Program-made: the position numbers and the translations under genes | Source of the DNA: Tubiluchus corallicola | Taxonomy: Eukaryota > Animalia > Priapulida | NCBI GenBank assembly: GCA_030141605.1 | Contig: JAQGDQ010000002.1 | Location: 2,790,001 to 2,854,000, forward strand | DNA length: 64,000 nucleotides | Direction of reading: 5' to 3' | Shown here: in pieces, positions 1 to 11,100 of the stretch | Layout: each line of letters starts with the position of its first letter | How positions within the stretch are numbered: the first letter of the stretch is position 1 | The notes under the pieces: generated by a model | What the model saw: only the letters and a program-made list of their open reading frames with translations | Told to the model about the DNA's origin: nothing | The model's database searches: none

Positions 1-2
1 AT

Positions 3-305
3 AAACCCACGTACAATGTCGACCGGCCCTATCTCACATATCCGGTTGATCAGTTTTACCCTACAAGTAACACTCCCACAGTAACTAACCGCTTTTTCCC
101 ATCCCGCGAAGACACATTGATTAATCACTACCCTTTTTACATTAACAATTTCCCCATTGATCAGTACTATTACCCAAAACAGACTGTTGTCCCATATAAT
201 ACCAGATACCCCCGCTTTGATGTGAACGATGTTCCTAATTATGTCGATTACACAAACTACAGAGACGTACGACCTTATTACAGAAATAATAAGTTACAAT
301 ATTAA
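3..305 (+). CDS. 3' end of a Tyr/Pro/Asn-rich low-complexity protein (gene begins before the window)
   Basis: The frame of ORF 117..305 is open back to base 3: KPTYNVDRPYLTYPVDQFYPTSN...NNFPIDQYYYPKQ...RDVRPYYRNNKLQY*. It has an internal repeat (YPVDQFYP / FPIDQYYYP) and an AATAAA at about 357. Confidence 0.6.
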   Translation, partial: KPTYNVDRPYLTYPVDQFYPTSNTPTVTNRFFPSREDTLINHYPFYINNFPIDQYYYPKQTVVPYNTRYPRFDVNDVPNYVDYTNYRDVRPYYRNNKLQY

Positions 306-3180
306 TTGAATGATTATTGCATGCGGTAGTATATATAAAACTATTTGGCCTAAGATAATAAAAAAGCAATGTCATTTTTATGCTAGTGTACGCTGTAGTG
401 GGATAAGACCGAACTTACCGGATAGCAGTGAACGAGTTCACACTAATTACTAGAAATTTAGGTTGGCTGAACGATTACACTTGAAGGGAAGAGCAAAGAC
501 ATCAATGTTATAGATGTTTGCTTAACATTTGTAACATTAATAAAATGGATTCTCTCTACATTCTACGTTTATAGAATATAGTAAACCATTAGATAATTTT
601 GGAAACTTAAATCTTGTTATGCTGTTAACTTGTTATGATAAAGAATTTTATAGCTTTTGTAATAAACTTACATTTTTTAAAACCTGTTATTTCTTAATGC
701 TATTTTATTGTTGCAACTCTTCTTGGTTAAATAACCTGATATTCAAGTACACTAATGCCATTATTATTATTATTAATGATTATCAAATAATGTATAAATG
801 GTGACGTAGCGAAATTGTAGCTGAATCCTTTACCGATTATTACAGTTCATTTATTTACTCAGAGACCTAAAGCAATAGCAAAAGGTTAAGTGATAGCAGC
901 AAAGTTATTACTATACATGTAAGATATACAAATATAGATATTTACTTATCATAAGAGAAACAAAACATGCAAAACGGAACACTGACGCTGTAAGAGATGA
1001 GATGTAATTAGGTCTCTTATAAAGCAGACAAGATGTTGGAGTAATGTACACATCGAAAGCATGAGAGAAATTTTGGCGGGTGGTAGGATTTCCGCGTTTC
1101 GTGTCGATGGAATAGTTTCGATACGGCAGGCATCACTCGTAAACCACGTTGCGGTTAGGCTTCGGTCACACCGAAAATATTAGTGAGGTATGCCTTTGAG
1201 TGTTTAATTTCCAGTGTGCCAAAGTGTATAAAACAGTACAAGTTCTATTTGGCCTGAAAGAACACAAGTATAGCTGGTTTTTAATTTACTTCTATTTCAA
1301 ATTATTACGACAAATTACAAGTGGCACTAACGTCAATAAATTGATTACGAAAATCTAGATCTGGATCATCAATTTGCTAACACATGTTCAAATCTAATAA
1401 ATCTTTAATTATCTTTATAATTTTTGTAGCCGCTTCTTAGTAGATTATATACAGCAAGCAAGAAAAACGACAATCGGTTAATTATTCTAACTTTTTATTT
1501 AGATTACTTGCATTGAAATCTAATTTCAAAAAATATAATTGCTATAACAAACTTGGAAAATTGCTCTAATAAATCTTCAGTGCATGATTTACATGACTTA
1601 TTGGATACAACACTACGAAGTGTATCATTACCACTTTTGATAAAATTTGTACAATCATATATTTAACCTATATCAAACACCCATTAAACTATAACAACTG
1701 AAACAGTCAAATTAAGTTGAACAGCCAAAACAGCGATGCTAGATTTCAGTGACGTATATAGGCCAAAATGGATGGAAATGTTTTCTTTGAATCAAGTTAA
1801 TTGCTGTAATTAGTTTTAATACCTGTATGCAGGTTATAGAATAGGTAACCTGGGCAAAGATTCAAACTGTTATGTTCAGAGCTAAACTTGTACTGGTGAA
1901 ATCATCAGTTAACGTCCTCGGCGTGAACGCATTGATATAGGTCTATATTCTTTTTATGTAAACAGGTAAGAACAGTTGAAATCATTAATTATTCTTCTCT
2001 GCCGCCTGTGCACCTGTAATCCTAATTTCTATTGATATTTAACCATAGCGTCGATTAACAGGTGTAAATAATTTTGAACTATACTATATGTTATTAAGAA
2101 CGAACAGAAGAACGTTAAGTTGCTTATGAAAGATGTTTATATATTAATAAGATGTATACCTCTAATACGATGTTTATATTAGGGATATTAGTAAATGAAG
2201 CATAGCACCTTTCTTGCTTTACGCAAGTCAAGTAGGCCTATAGGCTTACTTAAAATCGTGTCGAAGTTTACTGAAAGCGATCCACAACAAAAATAAATTT
2301 ACTTTTATACGAATACTCACGCATTTTTGTTGTTTTTTGCATTGAGCAGAACACGTTCAGGAATGGAATAATATTATGTATAGTGTATATCCAAGCCCTT
2401 TGTTTTGAACCTTAATGTAAAGAATATGCTATCATGGAATTTTGCAATTAAAAACTTGTGCAAATCGTGACGTGAGAGATTTGAACGCGGTATCATAGTT
2501 AAATAAGTGAAATATTTAAAAAAATATTTTGCGTTAAACTTTAAATATATAGTAGATAAAAGTACTTTGTAACAATTGTTTTGTATTACAGTACAATATG
2601 AAAACATGGACAGAAATTTTGTGGCTATATGTAGCTTTGGTAAGTTAACTATAATAATAAAGGTTTTGCTAAAGTCGCTGACCAACGTTGAATGTTGCGA
2701 CATTGTTGTCAAATGTAAAACTGCAATTCACAAATATTCGCAGAAGCTTACATGACTAAAAAACTAGAAATACAGTGTGGAATGACAAGACAAATAATGT
2801 TGGCATTATGATTAGAAAGTTGCAATTTTTAGAATTACTAGTTACGTATATGAGTGCCATATATCAAGTACAATGGCCATTAGCAGGAACGCAGCTTTGC
2901 ATTCTAAAAAACTATCTATAATTACTACAACACAATTATAGCAATTTAATTAAAATTGTCCTTGAATGGACGATATACACCAGTTTTATTACTGTCCGTC
3001 TGGGAATACTGAACAATCTCTAGCTACGTATATGAATCACACAGGCCTGAAATTTACAGGTACGTTAGGTACAGTTTCTGCAAGGAAAAATTTGATTTGG
3101 GAGTCATTCGGCGCTTAAACAACGAATTGTAGCTGTGCGGGTAGCAGGAGTCGAAAATCTTTTGCAAAAAATGCTCTAGT

Positions 3181-3210
3181 TATAAAATGCCAGATATAGT
3201 TATAAACAGT
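3181..3210 (+). promoter_or_regulatory. Candidate TATA box and initiator for the Gly/Pro-rich gene
   Basis: TATAAAA at 3181-3187, an Inr-like ACAGT about 25 nt downstream (3206-3210), and ATG at 3219. Confidence 0.45.
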
Positions 3211-3218
3211 AGCGGCAG

Positions 3219-5117
3219 ATGATTATGAAAATCAATAAGTTTATGTTTTGTGTAAATTTAAGCTCTGTAATAATAGTTAACCCAATTCATTCAACACTGC
3301 AGATGGGTTTTGTGGCTATGGCTATTCCTCACGGGTATTCTGGAGGTTATGCAGATGTCCATGACGTTGGTGGTTCCAGCTTTGGTTACACTGCTGGCGG
3401 AGGACCAACTGGAGCAGGTAGTGGAAGCCACCATGGCGGTAGCAGCATGAGTAGTCACGGTAGATCACGTAATGGACATTATGGAACTTACGACATGCAT
3501 CAAAGCGGCGACCATGGAGGCAGTCAATCTGGAGGTGGTTATGGTGGTGCGTATGACAACCAACAGATGGGCAGCCTTGGAAGCCAGCATGGAAGTACAA
3601 GTGGCGGAATGCAACAGCGTGGAAGCATTGGAGGCAGGTACTCAACCAGCAGTGGATATGGCCAGGGATCAGGAATTGGCTACTCCAGTGGAACTCGTGG
3701 ATCAGGTGGATATGGTGGCGGCAGAAGCTATGGTGCTGGTAGAGGCAGCAGTGGGTTTGGGGCAGGAGCTGGAGCTGGCAGTCATGCAGGTGGAAGTTCG
3801 GGAGGTTCAGCTGGAGGCTATAGTGGAAGTGGCGTAGGTGGACATAGTGGTGGACATGCCGGTGGGAGTGCATATGGTTATGGTGGAGCTGGTGGTGGAA
3901 GTACAGGTGGTGGAAGTGGGGGAGGTTTTGGTGGTTCAGCTGGCAGTGGTTATGGTGGCAACAGCAACTCTGCTAGTGGAGGTGGTGGTGGTTATGGTGG
4001 AGGAGGAGCAGGTGGGGGAGGTGGTGGTTACATGAATGATGGTAAACATGTACTTCGTAGAAGTGGAGTGGGATATGGTCATAGGAGTGCTGGACCCGCA
4101 TATGGAAATAGAGGACCTCATGCAGCTCACATTGAAGGAAATAATGAATATGATAGCCAAGATGATAGTAGCAACTATGAAGCACATCCTAGTAGAAGTT
4201 ATGAAGGGGCAAACATTGCCCCTTATCCACAAGCAGCTAATGTTCATAGAGGTGGTTATGGTCACCGTGGTTATGTTCAAGACGATGACGGTCCTTCACT
4301 ACCACCACATCCTGGTCGTCCTGGGTCACCTGGTCCACCATCACCACCAAATATAAAAGTACTGCATGGGCCACCATCCCCTCCACCCGGACCACCTGGA
4401 CCACCACAAGGTCATCCACAACGTCCCACAGTTCCTGGCCACCCAGGACGACCTCGTTTAGTTGCACCACCGGGACATCCAGCAGCTCAGGGGCCACCAG
4501 GGAGTCCACCTGATCGTCCGGGACATCCAGCAGTTATTCAGTTCAATAGTGCAGTTCCAACTGCCCCAGGTGATCCCGGTGGGCCTGCTTATAAAAATAC
4601 TATACCTGAAGTACCAGGTGCCAGTAGAGCTCCTAACGCACTAGATACAAGTCCACTAAAAGTACCAGGATCACCTGGTGGCCCTGGAGCACCCTCAGTT
4701 CCTAATCTAAGTTATACTCCTCCAGGAGCACCACAAGTACCAGGAGCACCTAGCGAACCTGAACTAATTTTACCAGTGCCAGAGATAAATGCACCAGAGG
4801 CAAGAATTGCAGGTGTCCCAGCACAAAGAGGAATAAAAGCCACCTTTCCTAGGCCCCCTATGGCACCAATGATACCAAATATTCCAGCCCTGAGGCAACC
4901 AAAGATATCTATTCCAACTATACCAAACATCCCTTTAATTAACCTGAAAGGTCCAAAGATAGGCATGCTTCCAACGATTCCTGAAATCAATCCGGGTGGA
5001 CCAAGTCCACACCCTCGAACCATTGGGGGAGATCCACATCCAATTATAAAGCACAATAATGTTCACCCTCTAGGTCCAATAATGACATTTAATGGTCATA
5101 TGGGATTTGGTCATTAA
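3219..5117 (+). CDS. Gly/Ser/Tyr/His-rich plus Pro-rich block protein, probably a secreted structural, adhesive or extracellular matrix protein
   Basis: 632-codon ORF, GC-rich relative to its flanks, with GGY/GGS runs followed by PGxPG and IPxIP repeats; AATAAA at about 5135. A possible in-frame 51-nt intron at 3252-3302 (GTAAAT...CTGCAG) would give a signal-peptide-like MKINKFMFCMGFVAMA|IPHG. Confidence 0.85.
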   Translation: MIMKINKFMFCVNLSSVIIVNPIHSTLQMGFVAMAIPHGYSGGYADVHDVGGSSFGYTAGGGPTGAGSGSHHGGSSMSSHGRSRNGHYGTYDMHQSGDHGGSQSGGGYGGAYDNQQMGSLGSQHGSTSGGMQQRGSIGGRYSTSSGYGQGSGIGYSSGTRGSGGYGGGRSYGAGRGSSGFGAGAGAGSHAGGSSGGSAGGYSGSGVGGHSGGHAGGSAYGYGGAGGGSTGGGSGGGFGGSAGSGYGGNSNSASGGGGGYGGGGAGGGGGGYMNDGKHVLRRSGVGYGHRSAGPAYGNRGPHAAHIEGNNEYDSQDDSSNYEAHPSRSYEGANIAPYPQAANVHRGGYGHRGYVQDDDGPSLPPHPGRPGSPGPPSPPNIKVLHGPPSPPPGPPGPPQGHPQRPTVPGHPGRPRLVAPPGHPAAQGPPGSPPDRPGHPAVIQFNSAVPTAPGDPGGPAYKNTIPEVPGASRAPNALDTSPLKVPGSPGGPGAPSVPNLSYTPPGAPQVPGAPSEPELILPVPEINAPEARIAGVPAQRGIKATFPRPPMAPMIPNIPALRQPKISIPTIPNIPLINLKGPKIGMLPTIPEINPGGPSPHPRTIGGDPHPIIKHNNVHPLGPIMTFNGHMGFGH

Positions 5118-8100
5118 TGAAATTGTGGAGTAATCAATAAATAATTTAATATAAATGCGAATAGATTTTATGTTACAAAGATTGCTAGTACAAATGTGTA
5201 CAACATTAAATGACCTGAATGCAAGCTAGAGGTATTAAAAGTATTGTTTTAAAAAGGTAAAGATATGACTTGGTAAGAAGTTCATAAACATATTATTGCA
5301 ACAAATGCACGATAATAGCAGCGTTTATAAATTAGACTGTGTCAAATTGTTATCGAAGTGGCAAGAAATCCTCTTATGATGTACTGTAAATTCACACAAT
5401 GTAACAAATGGTAACAGAGAGTCTCTTGATATTAAGCAAAGCTAATACAATGTTTATTGACAACAGCAGCTGCCTGAACATGATATGTTAACAAGTTGAC
5501 TCATGAAAGACAAAAAATGGAAAACTATCAGCCATACCTGGAAAAAACACATAATTTTATAAGTTACAACATACACTGTTACATAATAAACAGGATTATG
5601 GTCATACAATTCATCAAAATGTGAGCTAATGGAATGAAAAGTGTTAAATTAAGACATATTAAAGTAAAAGGCAATATGGCACCTGACAATGCAAATCATT
5701 AGAACTCTCAGGTGCCAAATAGCTAATTTAATTGCAATTAAATACTCCTATGGCAGTTCTGCCACATATTCATATACATATGCGGAAGGTAGTTAATTCT
5801 AGCGGCAGTTAATCTATTATCGGCCAATAGAGGGCGCCAGCAAAATAGTTAGCTTGTTTCCAGCTGGCACATTTATTGTGGTGGTAGAAAATTAGCCAAA
5901 CCCTCACACACAGCATTAATTCTCACACAATACTACATGTAATCTTGGAATTAGCTCTACACTAAAAATACTTGGTAACTTAACCTACGAATTTTTGGTT
6001 TAAAATATCTACACCGCTAAGTAAAACTACAAAGTTTAAAGATTTAACCGAAATGAAATTATTAAAAAACAAATTAATTTATAAGACACCTTGCAAGTAT
6101 GAATAACAAACAAACTATCATCTTAGCTCATGGGCAAGTTACTTCAAAATTACATTTACTTAAAAATTACTAAAAGAACTACCATCATCAACTGAATTGA
6201 TTAAGAAAACTTAAGACATAATTACAATTTACCAAAACTTCAAGAGTACTCCAGTCTTAATAATTATAGTACAGTGTAGTACTACCAGTACTACTACTTC
6301 ACATGTTTTCTGAAATTTATTTAGTACATATTCATTTTTACTTTTGCAGTTAAAACATTACCTTACATATATTTAAAAAAGTCCTAGCTCCTAAACAAGC
6401 AAATCATTAATATATATGGTTTTGAAGTACAATGCTAAATAACACACAAGACAAGTGTTTTAAGGCAAATGCTGACCCAAGCACAATATGTTGAAATAAA
6501 GCACCTTAATTACTACTGAAACACAGCTGATATGTTTTCACAATGGCACACAATATCGAAGGTACCTATTATGTAATTAAGCATAAATTTAATACTGTTA
6601 AAATTGAAAGTTTGTACATAAAATGAAACCAACTAAAATCATCATTAATAGTAGCACCATTAAGGTTGTAATACTGAATAATAGTGACTTTCTTAAAAAG
6701 TTTTAACTGAATATAAAGCTAGTCCATATAATGAAAATTCATTGTAACCGAAATTAAAACTGAACTTACTGAAAAGTTCAACTTCAGAATTTCAGATAAA
6801 GCTTGCAAGCATACCTTAATGTAACCAAAGCAAATCAAATTCTCAAAGATAAAAGGTCAAAAAAGATACATCCAATAGGAGTCATAAGATAGGACCATTT
6901 ACAGACCTTATAAATTAGTTATTCAGCATTCTTTTAGTCGACAGAAGTATTACTGGCATCAGTAACCAGTGTATTGATTATGTCACTTAAATAAAAAACA
7001 AAAATTGACAAATATAAATGAAACCCGTAGCACGAAATGTAAAACCAATTGCTAGATACTATAAATTGTGCATTATTTTTCCAAATTTTGTTTTAAAAAC
7101 TCAAGCCGCAAATAATAATTATGACCAGTTTCAAAATAAAGTAGGCATACTCACTTAGTCATTATTAAGTCTTATTTAAGCTAAATAATACGCACAGGTA
7201 GATGCCATAGTTACTGTTTTAATGAGAAGAATCATGGTATTCTACAAAAAAATTATTGATTTCAAAAACTAGATACAGATGATGACATGTCTGTTACCAG
7301 CATTTACCAGCATGTCTGATTACACTGGGTAATCAGTCATTAGAATACTTTGACTGTTTACTTGCTACTCACAAAGCAGCATCATGTTTACTGAAACATT
7401 AGGTATTATGCACATTATTGTCAAAATAAAATATAATATAATATAAAACAGAAAAAAAAACAAAAAACCAACATCAAGACCCGTAAGGTTATATGCTATT
7501 ATGTTTTGTTGAACTTGTTGTATGTCTTGTTGTACTTTTGTTGAAGAAAGTACTGTGCTGACACCTATTGCTCAGCATTCACTACTGATTATGAAATGGT
7601 TTCATATTTGGGATCCAAAATGTCAATTTTAATTGGAAGGACTTTAATAAGTTTAAACTAGTCAAAGTTGCCAGTCATAATGTGAAAATTAGTTAAGCGA
7701 ACATCAAATCACTAAAATAATTCATAGTATGCAGAATTCTGCAGAAACTATATCTAATCTTCCTATGGGTGCCAATCATGAATTTTTTTTTAAAAAAAAG
7801 CAAAAACATAAATACACAGTATAAAAAGTAGATTATACGAGTACCACATACCAGTGCATGGTACTCTGTCATTTGAATCTAGCATTTTAATTTATGGAAG
7901 CCATTATATATTTTAATTTTATATATAATTTAATCTACTGCATGTAAGATACCTTAAATTGTACATTCGCAAAATAGTCTGTTTTCTTTCTTTCACCAAA
8001 TAAATTCCACATAATAATTAAGTAACTATGTTAGCTGTTAACTAAATACTTTAAAATATCAGGTTAAAAAATATGCTATAATATTGAGCAACAGAGTTTT

Positions 8101-8166
8101 AGCAGTTGTTTAATAAAATATTTTTTTGTTGCATGTCATTCACTCCAAACGAAACTGATCTTGGTT

Positions 8167-11100
8167 TTATTTGTAACGTGGATACTGGACCTGATCCTGA
8201 ATAGACTGCAAGTCATGATACTCCGGCACAGGCATTCGGAAATCATGCGGAACATTTCCAGCTGTGAGCTTGCCAAAACATGATTGCAGCACCAGGCTAA
8301 CTGCCCACAGAGTTAGATTTTGGCCTCTTGCATCTGCAAGCTCTGGATTAACTTCAACTATGTCAACTCCAGTCAACACACCTAAAAAATTAATGCATTA
8401 TTATTATTAAGCAGCGATTACACATACTGCTACAAATAAATTTTTAAATTTCCATAATTTTTTAACTATCTATTGGTTCAAAAAGTGTAGTATTATGTCT
8501 AATAGTGGGCCATCCACATATAACGAGATCAAGTGTCCGGTCGATTTCAAGGACCTGCCTACCTTGCGTTATAATGGCGTTATCATATGCCCCACCACCT
8601 ACCCATCCTTTATTGATGTCGACATCACATCGATACAGCTTTTCAATCTTCCTCTTCCAAAGGATAGGCAACATCATCGCTTGTGCTGTTTAAAGGGAAA
8701 CCATCAGTGGATTCTACTGGCATCGGCGATGGAGGTGGCGGCACCCCCACTTCACTGAACTCATTGTCATCGAATGTGAAAAAAGTGTGAAGGTGAAAGA
8801 ATGTGAATTAAGTTAGATAATGATATCATGATTAAATTACCTATTGACCTTGCTTTATAATGGCGTTATCACATCTCATGCCACCTCCTACCCTAGACAT
8901 CGTTATATGTGGACGGCCCCATATACATGTAGAAATAATGATCTGTACACCTCAAGAATTAATTATCACTAACAATATACTGCAAAATTTCTAAAACATG
9001 TGCGAAGAGTAAACCAGCAAATTTAGTGCAGTAATGGCTTGTAGTTTTTCAAAAGCATTCAAATTAATCTTCATAACATTAAACTTGAACCACAGAAGTG
9101 ACTCAGAATAAGGTTTACAATACATGTGCAGCTACTGTAAATTTTTTATTTACCTGTGCTGTGAACCTCTTGTGCAATATATATTCCTTCTCTAAGAGTC
9201 AATCCGCCAGGAACTAAAAATATAAATACAAAATCCAAACATTAAAAAATAATAAGTTACAATAAGTTGTAACAAATTTCAATTATGCTTAAGCCAAAAA
9301 ATAATTGACAAACATCACTGTTTTACTTAAAGTAATATTTACACTGAAATGTAACTGACTAGATATTTCATGACTGACATAAATCCACTGAAACAGGCAT
9401 GCAATACCAGTGATAAGTGATTAGTTGCATTTAAATGAAAATCTTCAAAAATTGTAGTAGTGTAACCCGCTGTTCACAATAAAATGGTGAAATGATTCCG
9501 GAATTGTAAAGATTGTAAAACAATACAACATTATAGTTCACTAACAAAATAAACACAAAAAAATTAACAAATTTTCATCAAAAAGTGAGATCTTAACAGA
9601 GAACTGTTTTTAATGACTTTTATTTAAAAGAACTGATTATATTAAGTCTGACAAACAGTGTGTATGAAAATAAGTTTGAGACTATGCCAAAATGCAAATT
9701 TATCACACTTGTATTATAGAATTTTTAAATAGTAGCCCATCAATTCATCAATTGCTTTGTAAACGTTTCTGTCAAGATCATCTATCATGCATTGTTTAAG
9801 CAGAGAAAAAACAAAATAAGTGCAACAAGCAAAATAATAACTAAAATTTATAATTAGCAGATTAACAGAACACTGTAAAGAAAAAACACTATTTGGTTTG
9901 AATAATACCTGGAAAATAGCGATAGTCGCCAATCTTTGCTAGAAGGTGTACAAAAGTAATTCAAAAAGAATGTTTATTAGCAAAAACTAAGTGAAATATT
10001 TAGACTGCTATGGTCAGTAAGTCTGCTATTCAGAAATGTCTTACTCTGTGTTTTGCAGTTTGAATAATTTCCGAATGCACACTTTTTGGTTTTAGATAAG
10101 CTAACAAATGAAAAGCTCTATTTCTAAAAAACTGATGAATAATTCTGAAATTATTCTAAAGGCATTTACCAGTATCATAATGAATCACACTAATTACTAT
10201 TGCTATTGTACCTTTACTTACATCAAGCAGAATCAAGGAAATTAAATGACCAAAGAAATGGACAGACAGTGAGGTGGACAGACAGACACATGGTTTAAAG
10301 TATGGCAACTGTACCAATGTTATGAAGGATAAGTATAACAATATGAACATACTAATTAATAAATTTCAGAGCTCATGTGACGACCAAAAATGGGATTTTA
10401 CAATATTTATATCAATATAAGTTTGCAATACATGTTACACAACTAAGCTAAGTGAAGCAAGTTATAATGTTGTAAAGTTTTCATCCAAATAAAAACACGA
10501 AACATTTGTTTAGTTAACAATAATGCACGTGAGAATAACTACAAAGTTTCTGCTTTTTGAACTTTGAATTTTAATTAGGAAGTGCTGATTTATAATTTTC
10601 CAGTAAAATAGTGAGTACCACGTATATGAAGTTTTGTACTGGAAAAGAGAATATTTAAGAAACAGAGAAACACAAGTCAAATTTTAATTACCAGGTGTTC
10701 CTGTAGATGGAGCCCAGGACATGTCCAAGCCATCAATGTCAAAGCTTAAATGTATGGGACGACTTCGTCTGCAATTTAACCAAGAAAATAATTTAGATAT
10801 TAAACACTCCATAGTTTACTTTTTAGTGTAAATTTTCAAATCTATTTTTAGTGTAACTTTTCAAATCTTAAACATGACATCAAAGAAAAACGCACATATA
10901 AATAATAATAATAAAGGCGACAACAAACCACAAATGGAACATATACGAAACATTCATCAAAACGACTGACACAAACATTCTTGAAAGAAAATTTTTTAGA
11001 GCAGACATTACAAATGACTGCTATATTCTACAAACTTATATTCAGAATAAATCTAGGAGCATTGCAACAAATACATAAAAAGGAATTGAATTACCTTTCC

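Noticed and set aside
850-1250. Possible LINE 3' remnant on the minus strand
   Set aside because: It is CpG-richer and tail-like, but no diagnostic motif could be translated with confidence.
3322-5056. His-, Thr- and Val-rich ORFs overlapping the Gly/Pro gene
   Set aside because: Shadow frames of GGN/CCN codon repeats on the same and opposite strands.
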